Shown here in pieces: positions 10,324 through 20,834 of a stretch of 64,000 nt of DNA. Made by a program: the position numbers and the translations under genes. The notes under the pieces were generated by a model, which ran no database searches, was not told the DNA's origin, and saw only the letters and a program-made list of their open reading frames with translations. Every line of letters begins with the position of its first letter. The stretch's first letter is position 1. This DNA is from an uncultured archaeon (GTDB taxonomy: Archaea; Thermoproteota; Nitrososphaeria_A; Caldarchaeales; Wolframiiraptoraceae). The DNA lies in the NCBI GenBank assembly GCA_938083505.1, contig CALKCF010000007.1, forward strand, positions 96,001 to 160,000, given 5' to 3'.

Positions 10324-11121
10324 ATGGTCTGGTCTGAAAAGACGGACAACACTATAACCGTCAGTGAAAGAGTTAAAAAGGCCATGCAAAACCTAGGTCT
10401 TACTGATTACGAGGTTAGGGCATATCTTCCACTTATCCAAATAGGTCCATTGACCGCTAGCGAGTTGAGCAGCATAGCTGAAATACCTTATTCAAAGATT
10501 TATGAGGTATTAGGAAGCCTGGAGGAGAAAGGATGGATCGAGGTAGAGGGCGGAAGGCCTGCAAGATATCACGCAAAATCTCCAATTACAGCTGTCGAGA
10601 CTATGAAATTAAAGCTTGAGGAAAAAATCCAACAAAATAGCAATATAATAATATCCGAACTTATGCCAATATTTGAGAATAGGTGGGCCAAGGAAAAGCC
10701 AGACATCTGGATATTAAGAGGGGAGCAGAATATTTTAGCTAAGCTGAAAGAGCTTATCACTAATTGCGAGCGGGAACTTTTATTGGCAACACCAACTCTT
10801 TCTAAAGAGCTTTTACATATGTTGTTACCGTTTTTTATAACAATCAAGGGGAAGAATGGTAGAGTACAAATAATGCTCACGTCAGATATTGAACAACAAA
10901 CGTTGAAGAAGTTAGCCGAAGTTGCAGAAGTCAGGGTCAGAGAACATATGTTTGGCTGCGGTGCGATTCGTGATTTGAAGGAGGTTATGATAATGTTTGT
11001 AGCAGAAAACGGAAAGAGACCAGCTATAGCTATATGGTCAGAGCATGCGAGTTTAGCAAAGTTTGCCAGGGACTACTTTGACTACCTTTGGAACAGCGCA
11101 TATCCTATAAAAAAAGTTTAA
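10324..11121 (+). CDS. TrmB-family transcriptional regulator
   Basis: LGLTDYEVRAY...IPYSKIYEVLGSLEEKGWI wHTH plus a C-terminal effector domain ending FDYLWNSA. Confidence 0.9.
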   Translation: MVWSEKTDNTITVSERVKKAMQNLGLTDYEVRAYLPLIQIGPLTASELSSIAEIPYSKIYEVLGSLEEKGWIEVEGGRPARYHAKSPITAVETMKLKLEEKIQQNSNIIISELMPIFENRWAKEKPDIWILRGEQNILAKLKELITNCERELLLATPTLSKELLHMLLPFFITIKGKNGRVQIMLTSDIEQQTLKKLAEVAEVRVREHMFGCGAIRDLKEVMIMFVAENGKRPAIAIWSEHASLAKFARDYFDYLWNSAYPIKKV

Positions 11122-11148
11122 AGTCACCATTAAATAAATTCGAATCGT

Positions 11149-13959
11149 ATGCGGACCACATACCACCCAAATAGAAAGTCACTCTCAAGAAGATGGGCAA
11201 TTAGGATAATGGCGGCGATAATAATCTTATTAATGTTTTTTATAATCGGCAGTCAGACAGTCAACATATTCCTAAATTTCATAGAGTTCGGCGAACTTTT
11301 CATAAGACCCTTTTACTATGCGTTGATTGGTGGTCTAACACTTTCGGCAATAGCTTTTTTTAGAGTCGATTTTAAGAATAGAAGGTCGCTCATTTTTTGG
11401 TTCCTCAAGTTATTCGTAACTGTTGTTAGAAGTCCTGGTATAATCCATATTGATCTAATGGATTTTTCAAACTTTAAGATGAGTGTGCGTAATTTTGTAG
11501 TTTGGCAGATAACGAAAACAATATTGGGAATGGTATTTTTCACAAACACACTCTTCGGTATGTCAGTGTTATCTATGCTGAATGGGTGGGACCCAGGGTT
11601 GGGTGAGATTTGGAGGATATTCCTCTTACCGTTCATCACACCACCCATTAACGAGTCTTTCGCCCAAACTATGGTAATGCCGACACTTCCAGCATTGTTG
11701 CTTATCGTACCCCTAATACTCAACGCGCTAGGGGTTAGGATTGTCGTTTTAGTAGGCCTCACACAGTTAATTAAGAGCATTACTACGTCATTCATAAAGT
11801 ATTTAGAGGAAGGTAAACTCATAATACCTATTGCTACAATAGAAGCGTTAATAGCTGTTGGACTCTTTTGGACTGCTTTTAATTCGTTCTTTACGACGTA
11901 CATAGATTATAACACGAAAGTAACCCTCATAGCAACGATAACTGTTGCGACGTTATTTGCGGTTTACGCATATATTGACTCTCGTAAATTAAGCAGTCTG
12001 GGAAACATTTATGTGAGAATCGGTGCTATAGTACTTGTCGCCTTACTAGCGGGCTCTATTATCGCCATACAAAATAGCATAGCGGATGCGAGAAAAGTAG
12101 AGTGGTTGGGCCCTTATGTCGTCCAAGAAATATCTGTAAATCGCTATTTTGCAGAACTTGATAAGATTAAGGAATTACCGTATAATTTTTCTATAAAAGA
12201 GGTACGTCAAGAAGTAATACCTCTGTATGTTGAAAAAAATAAAAACCTATTATCAAAGATTAGGTTATGGGATTGGGATGCGGCATTCACAAAGCTTAAG
12301 CCGGAGATAGGCCTTATACCATATGTTGATTTTGAAGATTCTGACATAATAAGGTTCAACGGTACACTTTACTGGAGCGCATCTATGAAACCTATACTAC
12401 CAGCGTTCGTGAGACCTGAAGATCGTTGGTTCAACGAACACATGGTTTATACACATGTACCAAACGGTTTCCTTTTACTGAATGCACATAACGGAACAAT
12501 TGAAGATTCTAGCAAATTTTTTAAACAGCGTAGAGTCTATTACGGGGAAGGTGGGTTACTTTCAACTACATGGTCAGCTTATGTGGTTGGTGAAGAAGTA
12601 AGTAAAGAGGTTGGCGGAAACTTCTATTCAGGAAAAGGCGGTGTAGATACTCATCCACCGTTGAGCTGGTTATTTGATGTAACGTTCATGTTATCATATC
12701 CCGACAAAATAGTTCACATAATGAGGTACAAAGACGTATATGATCGAATGAAACTTCTATTCCCTTACTTCTCGTATGAGTGGGAGAATCAACGAATTGA
12801 TATGTTTCCAGTAACGGATGGTGAAAGGACCTATTGGTTAATGCCACTCATCTTTAGGATAGCTGCTGAGAATGTGCCATGGAGTAAGGGCGCGTTCTTT
12901 ACACGCTTTGTTGGTTACTCGTTGATAGATGTCTACGATGGGACAGTACAACTTATAGTAATAGGTGATGATTTCTTCAGCGAGCTGTTCAAAAACCTTT
13001 ATGCCGAATATGTTAGCGCAGAAATACCTGTTTGGTTATATAAACAAACCAGGTATCCTGTTGAGTTATTTGAATGGAGGATTGGTATGTACAACAAGTA
13101 TCATGTCAGGAATCCTGCTACATTTATAGGTGCAAGGGAGTTTTTCGAAATCCCTGAAGGGGTCGAAACGTACTTCGTATACGCACAACCGCCTGGTTTC
13201 GAGGACATCGAGTTCATTGGCATACTTTCTTTACAACTTAAAGGCGCTTTAGGAAGGAATCTCGCAGGTTATGCTATTGTAAGAAATGACTATCCCCATC
13301 TTGGTGAAGTAATCGTCTATAAAGTCCCCTTAGAGTCCGCAGTTAAGCTTTTAGGTCCAACGGCAGCACTTGAAGCCTTAAAAAGGGACCCGGTCTTTAA
13401 GCAGATGGAGACCCTGCTTAGAAATCCAAGGATAGGTGACGTTATATTATACCAAATCGGTGAATACCCAGTTTACTTTATTCCAGTATATACGGCACCG
13501 GCAGAGGGTGTCGTAACAACGATTGGTACTGTAGCAGTTGTAGGTGCCACTTTTACCGGTGAATACTACGTGGGCCTTGGATCTACGCCTGAGAGCGCAT
13601 TCAGGACGTTCATTTCAAAGTTGGCAGGGTTAGAGACGTTACCTCCTGAGATTACGGGGAGAGAACAAAGAATTTCCGACGTTAAGGAGTTTATTTCGAC
13701 ACTATTCGAGCACGCAAACGTCACAGTGAGGAGGCCCGAAAAGATAAACGCACATTTGGTTTTCCTCGAAGGTAAGGTAAGTGTAAAGTCGCTCGAAGAT
13801 TATAAAAAAGTGGAAGAGCTAGTTCAGATGTTTATAAAAAGATGGGTAGAAAAGAGGGTTTTAGAGTGGTTAGAGGATAATGTTATTAACTACGGTGTTA
13901 TTATAATAGAAAATGGGATAATAGAATTGCATTATGTATCCGTCGTTTTAGAAGAGTAG
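11149..13959 (+). CDS. UPF0182-family integral membrane protein
   Basis: About 8 N-terminal TM segments; IRLWD, HMVYTH, RVYYGE, IDVYDG, RYPVELF, IPVY motifs. Confidence 0.85.
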   Translation: MRTTYHPNRKSLSRRWAIRIMAAIIILLMFFIIGSQTVNIFLNFIEFGELFIRPFYYALIGGLTLSAIAFFRVDFKNRRSLIFWFLKLFVTVVRSPGIIHIDLMDFSNFKMSVRNFVVWQITKTILGMVFFTNTLFGMSVLSMLNGWDPGLGEIWRIFLLPFITPPINESFAQTMVMPTLPALLLIVPLILNALGVRIVVLVGLTQLIKSITTSFIKYLEEGKLIIPIATIEALIAVGLFWTAFNSFFTTYIDYNTKVTLIATITVATLFAVYAYIDSRKLSSLGNIYVRIGAIVLVALLAGSIIAIQNSIADARKVEWLGPYVVQEISVNRYFAELDKIKELPYNFSIKEVRQEVIPLYVEKNKNLLSKIRLWDWDAAFTKLKPEIGLIPYVDFEDSDIIRFNGTLYWSASMKPILPAFVRPEDRWFNEHMVYTHVPNGFLLLNAHNGTIEDSSKFFKQRRVYYGEGGLLSTTWSAYVVGEEVSKEVGGNFYSGKGGVDTHPPLSWLFDVTFMLSYPDKIVHIMRYKDVYDRMKLLFPYFSYEWENQRIDMFPVTDGERTYWLMPLIFRIAAENVPWSKGAFFTRFVGYSLIDVYDGTVQLIVIGDDFFSELFKNLYAEYVSAEIPVWLYKQTRYPVELFEWRIGMYNKYHVRNPATFIGAREFFEIPEGVETYFVYAQPPGFEDIEFIGILSLQLKGALGRNLAGYAIVRNDYPHLGEVIVYKVPLESAVKLLGPTAALEALKRDPVFKQMETLLRNPRIGDVILYQIGEYPVYFIPVYTAPAEGVVTTIGTVAVVGATFTGEYYVGLGSTPESAFRTFISKLAGLETLPPEITGREQRISDVKEFISTLFEHANVTVRRPEKINAHLVFLEGKVSVKSLEDYKKVEELVQMFIKRWVEKRVLEWLEDNVINYGVIIIENGIIELHYVSVVLEE

Positions 13960-13971
13960 TCGGTGTAAAGT

Positions 13972-14394
13972 ATGCAGACCAGCAAGAATCACAAAGTTCA
14001 GGAGTTTAGGCCCTTGATGGTAGTGCTTTTGACAGTGCTTATGATTGTAGTTATCGTATTTGCCCTTAGAATGCATAGAGGGTTTATAGGAATAGTATTG
14101 ACATTACTTGTAATATTTATACTATTTTACTGGATAAAAGAGATTCGTAAGATGCTCAAAAAATCAGGACTGAAAGATTTTATATACGAAGTATTAGATG
14201 AGGGAAATTACGTAAGCATAATTGCACAAGTTCCAGGCCCTGAAGACGATGTAAAGGTATTGATGTTAGGTAAGCGTGTAATCATAAAAGGTGGGGACGG
14301 TTTTAGAAAGACTGTAACTTTGCCCTATAATGTGGAGCTGGTAAATAAAACATACAAAAATGGGATTTTAACAATAAAAATGCAAAAATTGTAG
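13972..14394 (+). CDS. Hsp20/alpha-crystallin-domain protein with two N-terminal TM helices
   Basis: IIAQVPG...FRKTVTLP...TYKNGILTIKM signature after two hydrophobic helices. Confidence 0.75.
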   Translation: MQTSKNHKVQEFRPLMVVLLTVLMIVVIVFALRMHRGFIGIVLTLLVIFILFYWIKEIRKMLKKSGLKDFIYEVLDEGNYVSIIAQVPGPEDDVKVLMLGKRVIIKGGDGFRKTVTLPYNVELVNKTYKNGILTIKMQKL

Positions 14395-14416
14395 GATTTT
14401 TAACATTTGATTTTTG

Positions 14417-16042
14417 CTAAAGTTCGCTCTTCTTCTCCTCTTCGCTCTTCTTCTCTGTAAACTTCTTCCTTGAAGCAGCGACAACGTCATCGATACGCAA
14501 TATCATCGCAGCTGCCTCTAAAGATGACTTCAACGCATTCTCTTTGACTCTTAGCGGCTCTAGGACGCCCAGCTTTAACATATCTTCGACCTTACCGTTG
14601 AAGAGGTTAATGCCATAACTCTTGCCATTATTCTCATGGGCATGTCGTAACGAGGCCATTATCTCAACAGGCTCAAGACCTGCATTCTCCGCAAGGGTTC
14701 TCGGTACGACTTCTATGGCATCGGCGAAAGCAAGGAAGGCCAACTGTTCCTTGCCCGTTAGCTTACCCATCTCTTTTCGTATAGCCTTAGCTATTTCTAT
14801 TTCTGTTGCACCACCACCCGGTACTATTTTGTTGTTTTCAACAAGGTTGATGACGTTCATGATAGCATCGTTTAAAGCCCTCTCGGCCTCATCCATCTGT
14901 CTCTCCAGACCTGCGCGAATCATTATGGAAACCGCACCAGGATTCTCGCATTTTTCAACGAACACTAGTCTATCCTCGCCTATTTTCCTCTCCTCTACCA
15001 GCCCAGCACTTCCTAAATCTTTCTCAATGAGACTTTCGATGTTTGTGACGATTCTCCCTCCTGTAGCTTTTGCCAACTTTTCCATGTCGGACCTCTTAAC
15101 GCGTCTTACGGCGAGTATGCCGGCCTTCGCTAAGAAGAACTGGGCGGCATCATCTATACCCTTCTGACATACCACGACGTTTGCACCGACAGAAACTATC
15201 TTATCAACCATTTCTTTGAGTATGTTTGTCTCTTCGTCCAAGAACGCCTTTATCTTAGATGGATCTCTGATCCTGATTTCGGCGCTGAATTCTGTCTTTT
15301 CTATCTCAAGCGGCGTGTCAAGTAGCGCTATCTTAGCATTCTCTACTCTCTTTGGCATTGCGGGATGGACAACCTCTTTATCAATTACAATGCCTCTTAC
15401 AAGCTCGGACTCCATGAGACTCTTACCAACTTTCTTCACGATTTGTATGTCGTCTTTATCAGCTACCAATTTGCCATCTCTTTCCTTTACGACCGAAAGT
15501 ACAGCCTCTATCGCTAAGTCAGCTATATGGTCCAATGCATATCCTAGCGATTTGCTACCAAGCGCAGTCTTTACAACGTTCTTGATCGTATTCTTGTCTT
15601 TCAGGTCTACGGTTAACGTTATATCTTGGAGAGTCTTATATGCAATGTCCAGTGCCTTTCTATAACCACTAATTATGGTGCTTGGGTGGATTTTCTGCTC
15701 CATGAGTTCCTCGGCCTTTTTAAGAAGCTCACCCGCCAAGATGACTGCTGTAGTTGTACCATCACCAACCGTTTCATCTTGCGCTTTAGCGACCTCTACC
15801 ATCATCTTAGCAGCAGGGTGCTCGACGTCTATCTTCTTGAGAATAGTTGCACCGTCATTCGTGACAACGACGTCGCCTAGACTATCTACTAACATTTTAT
15901 CCATTCCTTTCGGCCCAAGCGTACTCTTGACCATTTCCGCGACTATCTTGGCTGCCAAGATATTGTTATGCTGGGCCGGTCTACCTCTTGTCCTTTGAGT
16001 CCCTTCTTTTAATATTAAGATAGGCTGCTTTACCATAGACAT
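14417..16042 (-). CDS. ths: Thermosome (group II chaperonin) subunit
   Basis: [34 protein letters not shown] 16042 is preceded by a GAGGTGA RBS. Confidence 0.96.
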   Translation of the reverse strand: MSMVKQPILILKEGTQRTRGRPAQHNNILAAKIVAEMVKSTLGPKGMDKMLVDSLGDVVVTNDGATILKKIDVEHPAAKMMVEVAKAQDETVGDGTTTAVILAGELLKKAEELMEQKIHPSTIISGYRKALDIAYKTLQDITLTVDLKDKNTIKNVVKTALGSKSLGYALDHIADLAIEAVLSVVKERDGKLVADKDDIQIVKKVGKSLMESELVRGIVIDKEVVHPAMPKRVENAKIALLDTPLEIEKTEFSAEIRIRDPSKIKAFLDEETNILKEMVDKIVSVGANVVVCQKGIDDAAQFFLAKAGILAVRRVKRSDMEKLAKATGGRIVTNIESLIEKDLGSAGLVEERKIGEDRLVFVEKCENPGAVSIMIRAGLERQMDEAERALNDAIMNVINLVENNKIVPGGGATEIEIAKAIRKEMGKLTGKEQLAFLAFADAIEVVPRTLAENAGLEPVEIMASLRHAHENNGKSYGINLFNGKVEDMLKLGVLEPLRVKENALKSSLEAAAMILRIDDVVAASRKKFTEKKSEEEKKSEL

Positions 16043-16200
16043 GTTTAATATCACCTCTCAGCAGTTTTCGAGAAATTCACTGTATCAAGCAAAATATTAA
16101 GGTTTAGTCATAATTGTGTCATATTCGGACGATTTCGCTTTTTTAATTTTTTAATATGAGGAAATGCTTAATTTGTGGAGGTTTATAAAATATTTTTGCC

Positions 16201-16275
16201 GCTCCGGTAGTATAGTCCGGTTAAGTATACGGGCCTCTCGAGCCCGGGACCCGGGTTCAAATCCCGGCCGGAGCA
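16201..16275 (+). tRNA. tRNA-Glu (CTC)
   Basis: Acceptor GCTCCGG/CCGGAGC, anticodon arm CGGGC-CTCTCGA-GCCCG, T-loop GGTTCAAATCC; no intron, CCA not encoded. Confidence 0.96.
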
Positions 16276-16399
16276 TCATTCAACGCTTAACTAATTCGGG
16301 TCTGATACAGAAAAGAGTAGCATTGCGTTTGAATGTTTATACGTTAGGTATTACATCTAAACTTTGCCCCAATGAAGAGTCCAAAAGCTCACACGGAGC

Positions 16400-17170
16400 T
16401 TATGAAGAACCATAGGGTCGCTGAGGGGTAACTTCCTTCTTCTGTTCAAACAACGCCTCCAAACCGGAGCCGACCTTCACCTTTATACGCTCAAGCTCAT
16501 ACTTTATCTCCGGTAACTTTTCGATAAAATTTCCCAAAAGATCAATAGGCACAATCGCCACGCCACTCTCGATCTGTTTGTTTGAATCGTAAAGTGTCAA
16601 TATTGCTGGGATTATCTCGACTGTCATTTCACCTTTTCCGAGGATGCTTGATAAATATTCTGCAAACACATGAGCCCTATCTATCTGGTTCTTTATTATA
16701 AATAACAATCTTTTTCCACTTAAAACAGCATTCCATCTTTTACAGTCAAGGAGCAAGACTATAGAACTCTTTGTGGCCAGAACATCTATCTCATACCTCT
16801 TTTTTAACAACCGCAGCCTTAGGTTTGTCAGAACGTTAAATCCACATTCGCTCAGAACCTTTGCAGAAAGCGCCTCGAAATCCTTCCAAGATATGTGTCT
16901 GGCGAGAATTTCAGCAGGGGCACCATTCCTAATGCATTTCAAAACTACTGATAACCTTTCATCGCCGGTAACTTCGATATTATTCGTATTGAAGCTTTTG
17001 CCGAGCACTCTTGAGACGATTTCGAACGCAACGTCCTTTGAGACTATGCTACGCTCAGTCAACATATCTATTGTTGTCCCACTACCGTGTGACGTAAGCT
17101 TAAGCAGATTTTCAACAACCCTAGTAACTATTTCAGGTTTAAGGTTTAGGTCAGATAAAGAGTTCTTCAT
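16400..17170 (-). CDS. PD-(D/E)xK nuclease-domain protein (Mrr/NERD-like)
   Basis: WKDFE...EIDVLA...LLDCKRW catalytic pattern; overlaps the cofE end by 20 nt. Confidence 0.72.
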   Translation of the reverse strand: MKNSLSDLNLKPEIVTRVVENLLKLTSHGSGTTIDMLTERSIVSKDVAFEIVSRVLGKSFNTNNIEVTGDERLSVVLKCIRNGAPAEILARHISWKDFEALSAKVLSECGFNVLTNLRLRLLKKRYEIDVLATKSSIVLLLDCKRWNAVLSGKRLLFIIKNQIDRAHVFAEYLSSILGKGEMTVEIIPAILTLYDSNKQIESGVAIVPIDLLGNFIEKLPEIKYELERIKVKVGSGLEALFEQKKEVTPQRPYGSS

Positions 17171-17909
17171 GTTTTTCCCTTAATATGACAGATGCGGGTA
17201 CATCATCTCTTATGTACTTATAACCTCTAATTATAGCCACAGGTATACCTTCAGCAGCCTGTCCTATCACGAGTTCGGCGGCACTACATAGCTCGTCTGC
17301 GACGCATGTAATCTTTGACCGCAACATCCTCCCAAAAAGATCCACTTCACCCCTTCTATCCCACAGTGGTTGTATGCCACTACACCCTATTGCCACATTA
17401 ATCAAGCCTCTACGGAAAGGCCTACCTTGAGTATCTGATATAATAACGGCAACTCGCGAGCCTGTAAGCCTTTCTATATCTTCTCTTATCTTTTTAGCTG
17501 ACAAATCAGGGTCATCTGGTAGCGTGACGACACTGTTATCCTCGGATACATTAGACACGTCCACGCCGGCGTTAGCACAAATAATCCCGTGTTTTGTCCT
17601 AGATATTATTATTCCGTTGTATATCCTTAATATGCTTTTTGATTCCCTCAGTATAACCTCAACATGTCTGGGATCCTTTCCAACCTCTTCAGCTATACGC
17701 TTTGCTAACTCGGATGGTTCAACTTCCTCAAGATTTATTATTTTTCCTTCAGCTCTAGCCACGGCAACATGTGTAATAATAATTATATCACCGTCCTTTA
17801 TACCAACGCCCATTTTTTTAGCATTCTCAACTATTATGCTAGCTAGGTCGTCGCCAGGTCTAATAATTGGCATACCTCTTATACCTATGACCTCTATTTT
17901 GTAACTCAA
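17151..17909 (-). CDS. cofE: Coenzyme F420-0:L-glutamate ligase
   Basis: IRPGDDL, ANAGVDVSN, LPDDPD.SA, SDTQGRPFRRG, ADELCSAA. Confidence 0.92.
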   Translation of the reverse strand: MSYKIEVIGIRGMPIIRPGDDLASIIVENAKKMGVGIKDGDIIIITHVAVARAEGKIINLEEVEPSELAKRIAEEVGKDPRHVEVILRESKSILRIYNGIIISRTKHGIICANAGVDVSNVSEDNSVVTLPDDPDLSAKKIREDIERLTGSRVAVIISDTQGRPFRRGLINVAIGCSGIQPLWDRRGEVDLFGRMLRSKITCVADELCSAAELVIGQAAEGIPVAIIRGYKYIRDDVPASVILREKHEELFI

Positions 17910-17953
17910 ACCTGTCTATTGGATTTCATCGGTAAAATATATAAGTGAACGTG

Positions 17954-18253
17954 TTATGCGCCGAACTTCTCCAGTCTTTTCTTAGCCCTAATAGTAACAT
18001 CAGCTCCAAACTTTATCTCTGGCTCGCCCGTCTCAGCTGTCTTCCGCTTAACGAATAAGCCACATCTTCCATCAGAGAGCAGCTTGACCTGTACACAACT
18101 TGCATATGGACAGCGGTGACCTGTGCAAATTCCGCCTACCCAATCACATAATGGAGGGTTTTGTTTATAGTTCAGGACCTTTTTGATACATCTAAAAAAC
18201 CTACAAAGAGGATTGCATACCGGAGTTGGTTCCCTACTAGAGGTTTGACTCAA
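17954..18253 (-). CDS. Small Cys-rich hypothetical protein (putative metal binding)
   Basis: Eight Cys in CNPLCRFFRC...CDWVGGICTGHRCPYASC...GRC; fills the intergenic space; GGGGT upstream of the TTG start. Confidence 0.65.
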   Translation of the reverse strand: MSQTSSREPTPVCNPLCRFFRCIKKVLNYKQNPPLCDWVGGICTGHRCPYASCVQVKLLSDGRCGLFVKRKTAETGEPEIKFGADVTIRAKKRLEKFGA

Positions 18254-18390
18254 CCTTTACCCCCTACCTGTCGGCACAGCCAACGACAATTCTCAAATTT
18301 TAATATAAATAAATTAATGTTAACATATTAATATTTTGGACTCTTTTTTACACAGGAGTAGCGTACTAGTCTTATATAGGGGTTACATTA

Positions 18391-19776
18391 GTGACATTAA
18401 ACACGAGTGCTGATAACTCAGGTCGATGGTTACTTGAGACACCTCCTGAGATATTAGGTGCTGCGCTAAAAGCCGTGTTACAAGCACATAGTAGACATAG
18501 AAACACAAAACGTTCGCTTAAATCATGCCTCTATGAGGTTATAAGCGAAAAAAAGTACCCTATAAAATCCGTGGAAATTGCAAGAAGGTTAATCTGGGAG
18601 CACGGTACAAAGAGGAACCTTTTGGCAAAAATGGTCAACAAAGTATTAAAAGATGAGCCGATTTTGCCCGATCGTAGGATTCTTCTTGAACTTTTTGCTA
18701 ATCAAGTGCTCGTAAAAAGTTGTAGTAGACTCGAGGCCACAAAATTTGCCCAGGCAGCAAGGATTGCTTTTGGAAAAGACTGGATGATGCCATTAGAACC
18801 ATTACTCGGTAGAATATATGCTTTAAAGCTTAAGAATAAGATAATAGAAAGCAAAGATGAGCTAGAATACTTAAGCCTTCTATATGGACATCCTAAATGG
18901 TTCGTTGAATATCTTTTTAACATTTTGGGTAAAGCCGAGGCTATTGAGCTAATGCATGCTAGTAATGAAAATCCGCCGACCTATTTTGTTCTCAACACAT
19001 TGAAGGCAACCGAGGACGAAATATTAAAGACACTCGAAAGCGATGGGGTGAAGTTTGAAAGGGATAAGAGGGCACCATTGCTTTATAAGATAATTTCATC
19101 TAAAGCAATAAAGAGTTTAACAGCATACAAACTTGGGCTTATAGCGGTTCAAGATTTTTCAAGTGTATTCTCCATAATTTCTGCTCAACCAAAGAGCGGT
19201 ATGAGGCTTTTAGATATATGCGCAGCTCCTGGCATAAAAACCTCATTATTTGCAATCTATACACAAAACAAAGCTAGAATTCTTTCGGTTGATATATCAC
19301 CACATAGGTTGAAGACCTATATTTCATACACGCGGCATTTAGGTGTTGAGAATGCTGATGCGATTCTTTGTGATGCTACTATGGATTTACCGACACATCT
19401 GAGTGCCGACATCGTGCTACTCGATCCTCCATGCAGCTCTACTGGTCTGTTTTGGCGTGAGCCATCTTATAGGTGGGTTGTCAGACCAGCAACTATAAGG
19501 AAATTTTCAACATTACAGAAAAAAATGCTGAAGAATGCTGTAAAATATGTAAAGAGTTGCGGCCTACTCGTATACTGTACTTGCAGCATCACTATCGAAG
19601 AAAATGAGGGTTTAATTAAGGACTTTTTAACATCAAACCCTGACTTTCAACTTGAAGAAATTCCAATAAAATCAGGTTCACCGGGGCTCTTGGGACTAGA
19701 GAAGTGTAGAAGGTTCTATCCACATCGCGATATGTGCAACGGTTTCTTTGTAGCTCTCCTCAGAAAAGTAAGTTGA
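18391..19776 (+). CDS. RsmB/NOP2-family RNA m5C methyltransferase with N-terminal extension
   Basis: DICAAPGIKT, LLDPPCS, YCTCSI..EENE, FFVALL. Confidence 0.9.
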   Translation: MTLNTSADNSGRWLLETPPEILGAALKAVLQAHSRHRNTKRSLKSCLYEVISEKKYPIKSVEIARRLIWEHGTKRNLLAKMVNKVLKDEPILPDRRILLELFANQVLVKSCSRLEATKFAQAARIAFGKDWMMPLEPLLGRIYALKLKNKIIESKDELEYLSLLYGHPKWFVEYLFNILGKAEAIELMHASNENPPTYFVLNTLKATEDEILKTLESDGVKFERDKRAPLLYKIISSKAIKSLTAYKLGLIAVQDFSSVFSIISAQPKSGMRLLDICAAPGIKTSLFAIYTQNKARILSVDISPHRLKTYISYTRHLGVENADAILCDATMDLPTHLSADIVLLDPPCSSTGLFWREPSYRWVVRPATIRKFSTLQKKMLKNAVKYVKSCGLLVYCTCSITIEENEGLIKDFLTSNPDFQLEEIPIKSGSPGLLGLEKCRRFYPHRDMCNGFFVALLRKVS

Positions 19777-19906
19777 TTACATACGTTATCTACGATGCTC
19801 AAGCCTGTTAGATTATTATGAGCATTTCGTCTACCTATCACAGTTAAATCTAAACTTACGCATAGTTTATAATGCCCTTCTCTAACAAACCGGTTTAGAT
19901 AACGGG

Positions 19907-20791
19907 GTGAAATTTACCATGAGTAGACCACTCATAACTAACATTTATAGTAGAGAAGAGTCGAATGTCATCGCCTTTGGTGTAATTTTAGGAAGAAAAG
20001 CTGCAGAATCTGTTAACGCGATAAGGGATGCTAGCTGGTTTATAGAAACATTTGATATAATATCTAAAAGAAATCTTCTCAATAAGGCAAAGGTTTACGA
20101 TATTGGTGACATAAAGCTAACATCTTATGATGATTTGGAGAATGTTACAAAGATAACATCTTCAATATTGTCTGAAGGTAAGCTTACGTTGATGCTAGGC
20201 GGCGGTCATCTTGCAACATATTATGTACTCAAGGCTATGCCAAAGGATGTGATCCTAATAGTTTTTGATGCGCATTGTGACCTACGAGAGAGCTACATAG
20301 ACGAGAAGATTATCGATCTTGACTACATTAATGAAAGTGTAATTGTAGATAAAAGGTTGAATGATGCAACGTGGCTTAGATGGGCTTCAGAGGAAACGTT
20401 GTTTAAAAAAGCTACGATTTTGGGTGTGAGGTCAGGCGATGAGGAACAATTGGTTTATGCAAAGAAAAAGGGCATACTTCTGATCACTTCTGAGAAATTG
20501 TTATCACAAAATGGATTAAATGCTGCTACTAAAACTCTCTCAACATTGACGAGGGGTAAGAAAGTATACTTATCTTTGGACATAGACACATTCGATCCCT
20601 CAATAGCGCCTGCTGTTGATCATCCTGAACCTTCCGGTATAGGTTTTAGAGAATTCGTAAAACTCCTTAGGAGCATAAAGGGAAGAATAATCGGTTGTGA
20701 TGTGGTATGTCTTCGTAAGATCCCGAATAATGAGGTAACAGAGTTTCTAGCTGCAAGGGCTATATTCGAAATATTATATTACGCTACATAA
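19907..20791 (+). CDS. Arginase/agmatinase-family ureohydrolase, atypical
   Basis: GGGH, FDAHCD, SLDIDTFDP metal motifs; other conserved positions are altered (see findings). Confidence 0.82.
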   Translation: MKFTMSRPLITNIYSREESNVIAFGVILGRKAAESVNAIRDASWFIETFDIISKRNLLNKAKVYDIGDIKLTSYDDLENVTKITSSILSEGKLTLMLGGGHLATYYVLKAMPKDVILIVFDAHCDLRESYIDEKIIDLDYINESVIVDKRLNDATWLRWASEETLFKKATILGVRSGDEEQLVYAKKKGILLITSEKLLSQNGLNAATKTLSTLTRGKKVYLSLDIDTFDPSIAPAVDHPEPSGIGFREFVKLLRSIKGRIIGCDVVCLRKIPNNEVTEFLAARAIFEILYYAT

Positions 20792-20834
20792 TGAAACTTT
20801 TCACGTATAAAGACGAATCCAAAAAGGTGACGGC

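Noticed and set aside
14622-15998. Long antisense ORFs over the thermosome gene (similar ones at 38523-40295)
   Set aside because: Typical antisense open frames of chaperonin genes; their mutual similarity only mirrors the paralogy.
16164-16415. 83-aa ORF
   Set aside because: It overlaps tRNA-Glu entirely; spurious.
16201-17170. Integrated element at tRNA-Glu (or at tRNA-Ala 34582)
   Set aside because: No integrase, and no duplicated tRNA 3' end beyond the T-loop shared by the two tRNAs; flanking genes look chromosomal.
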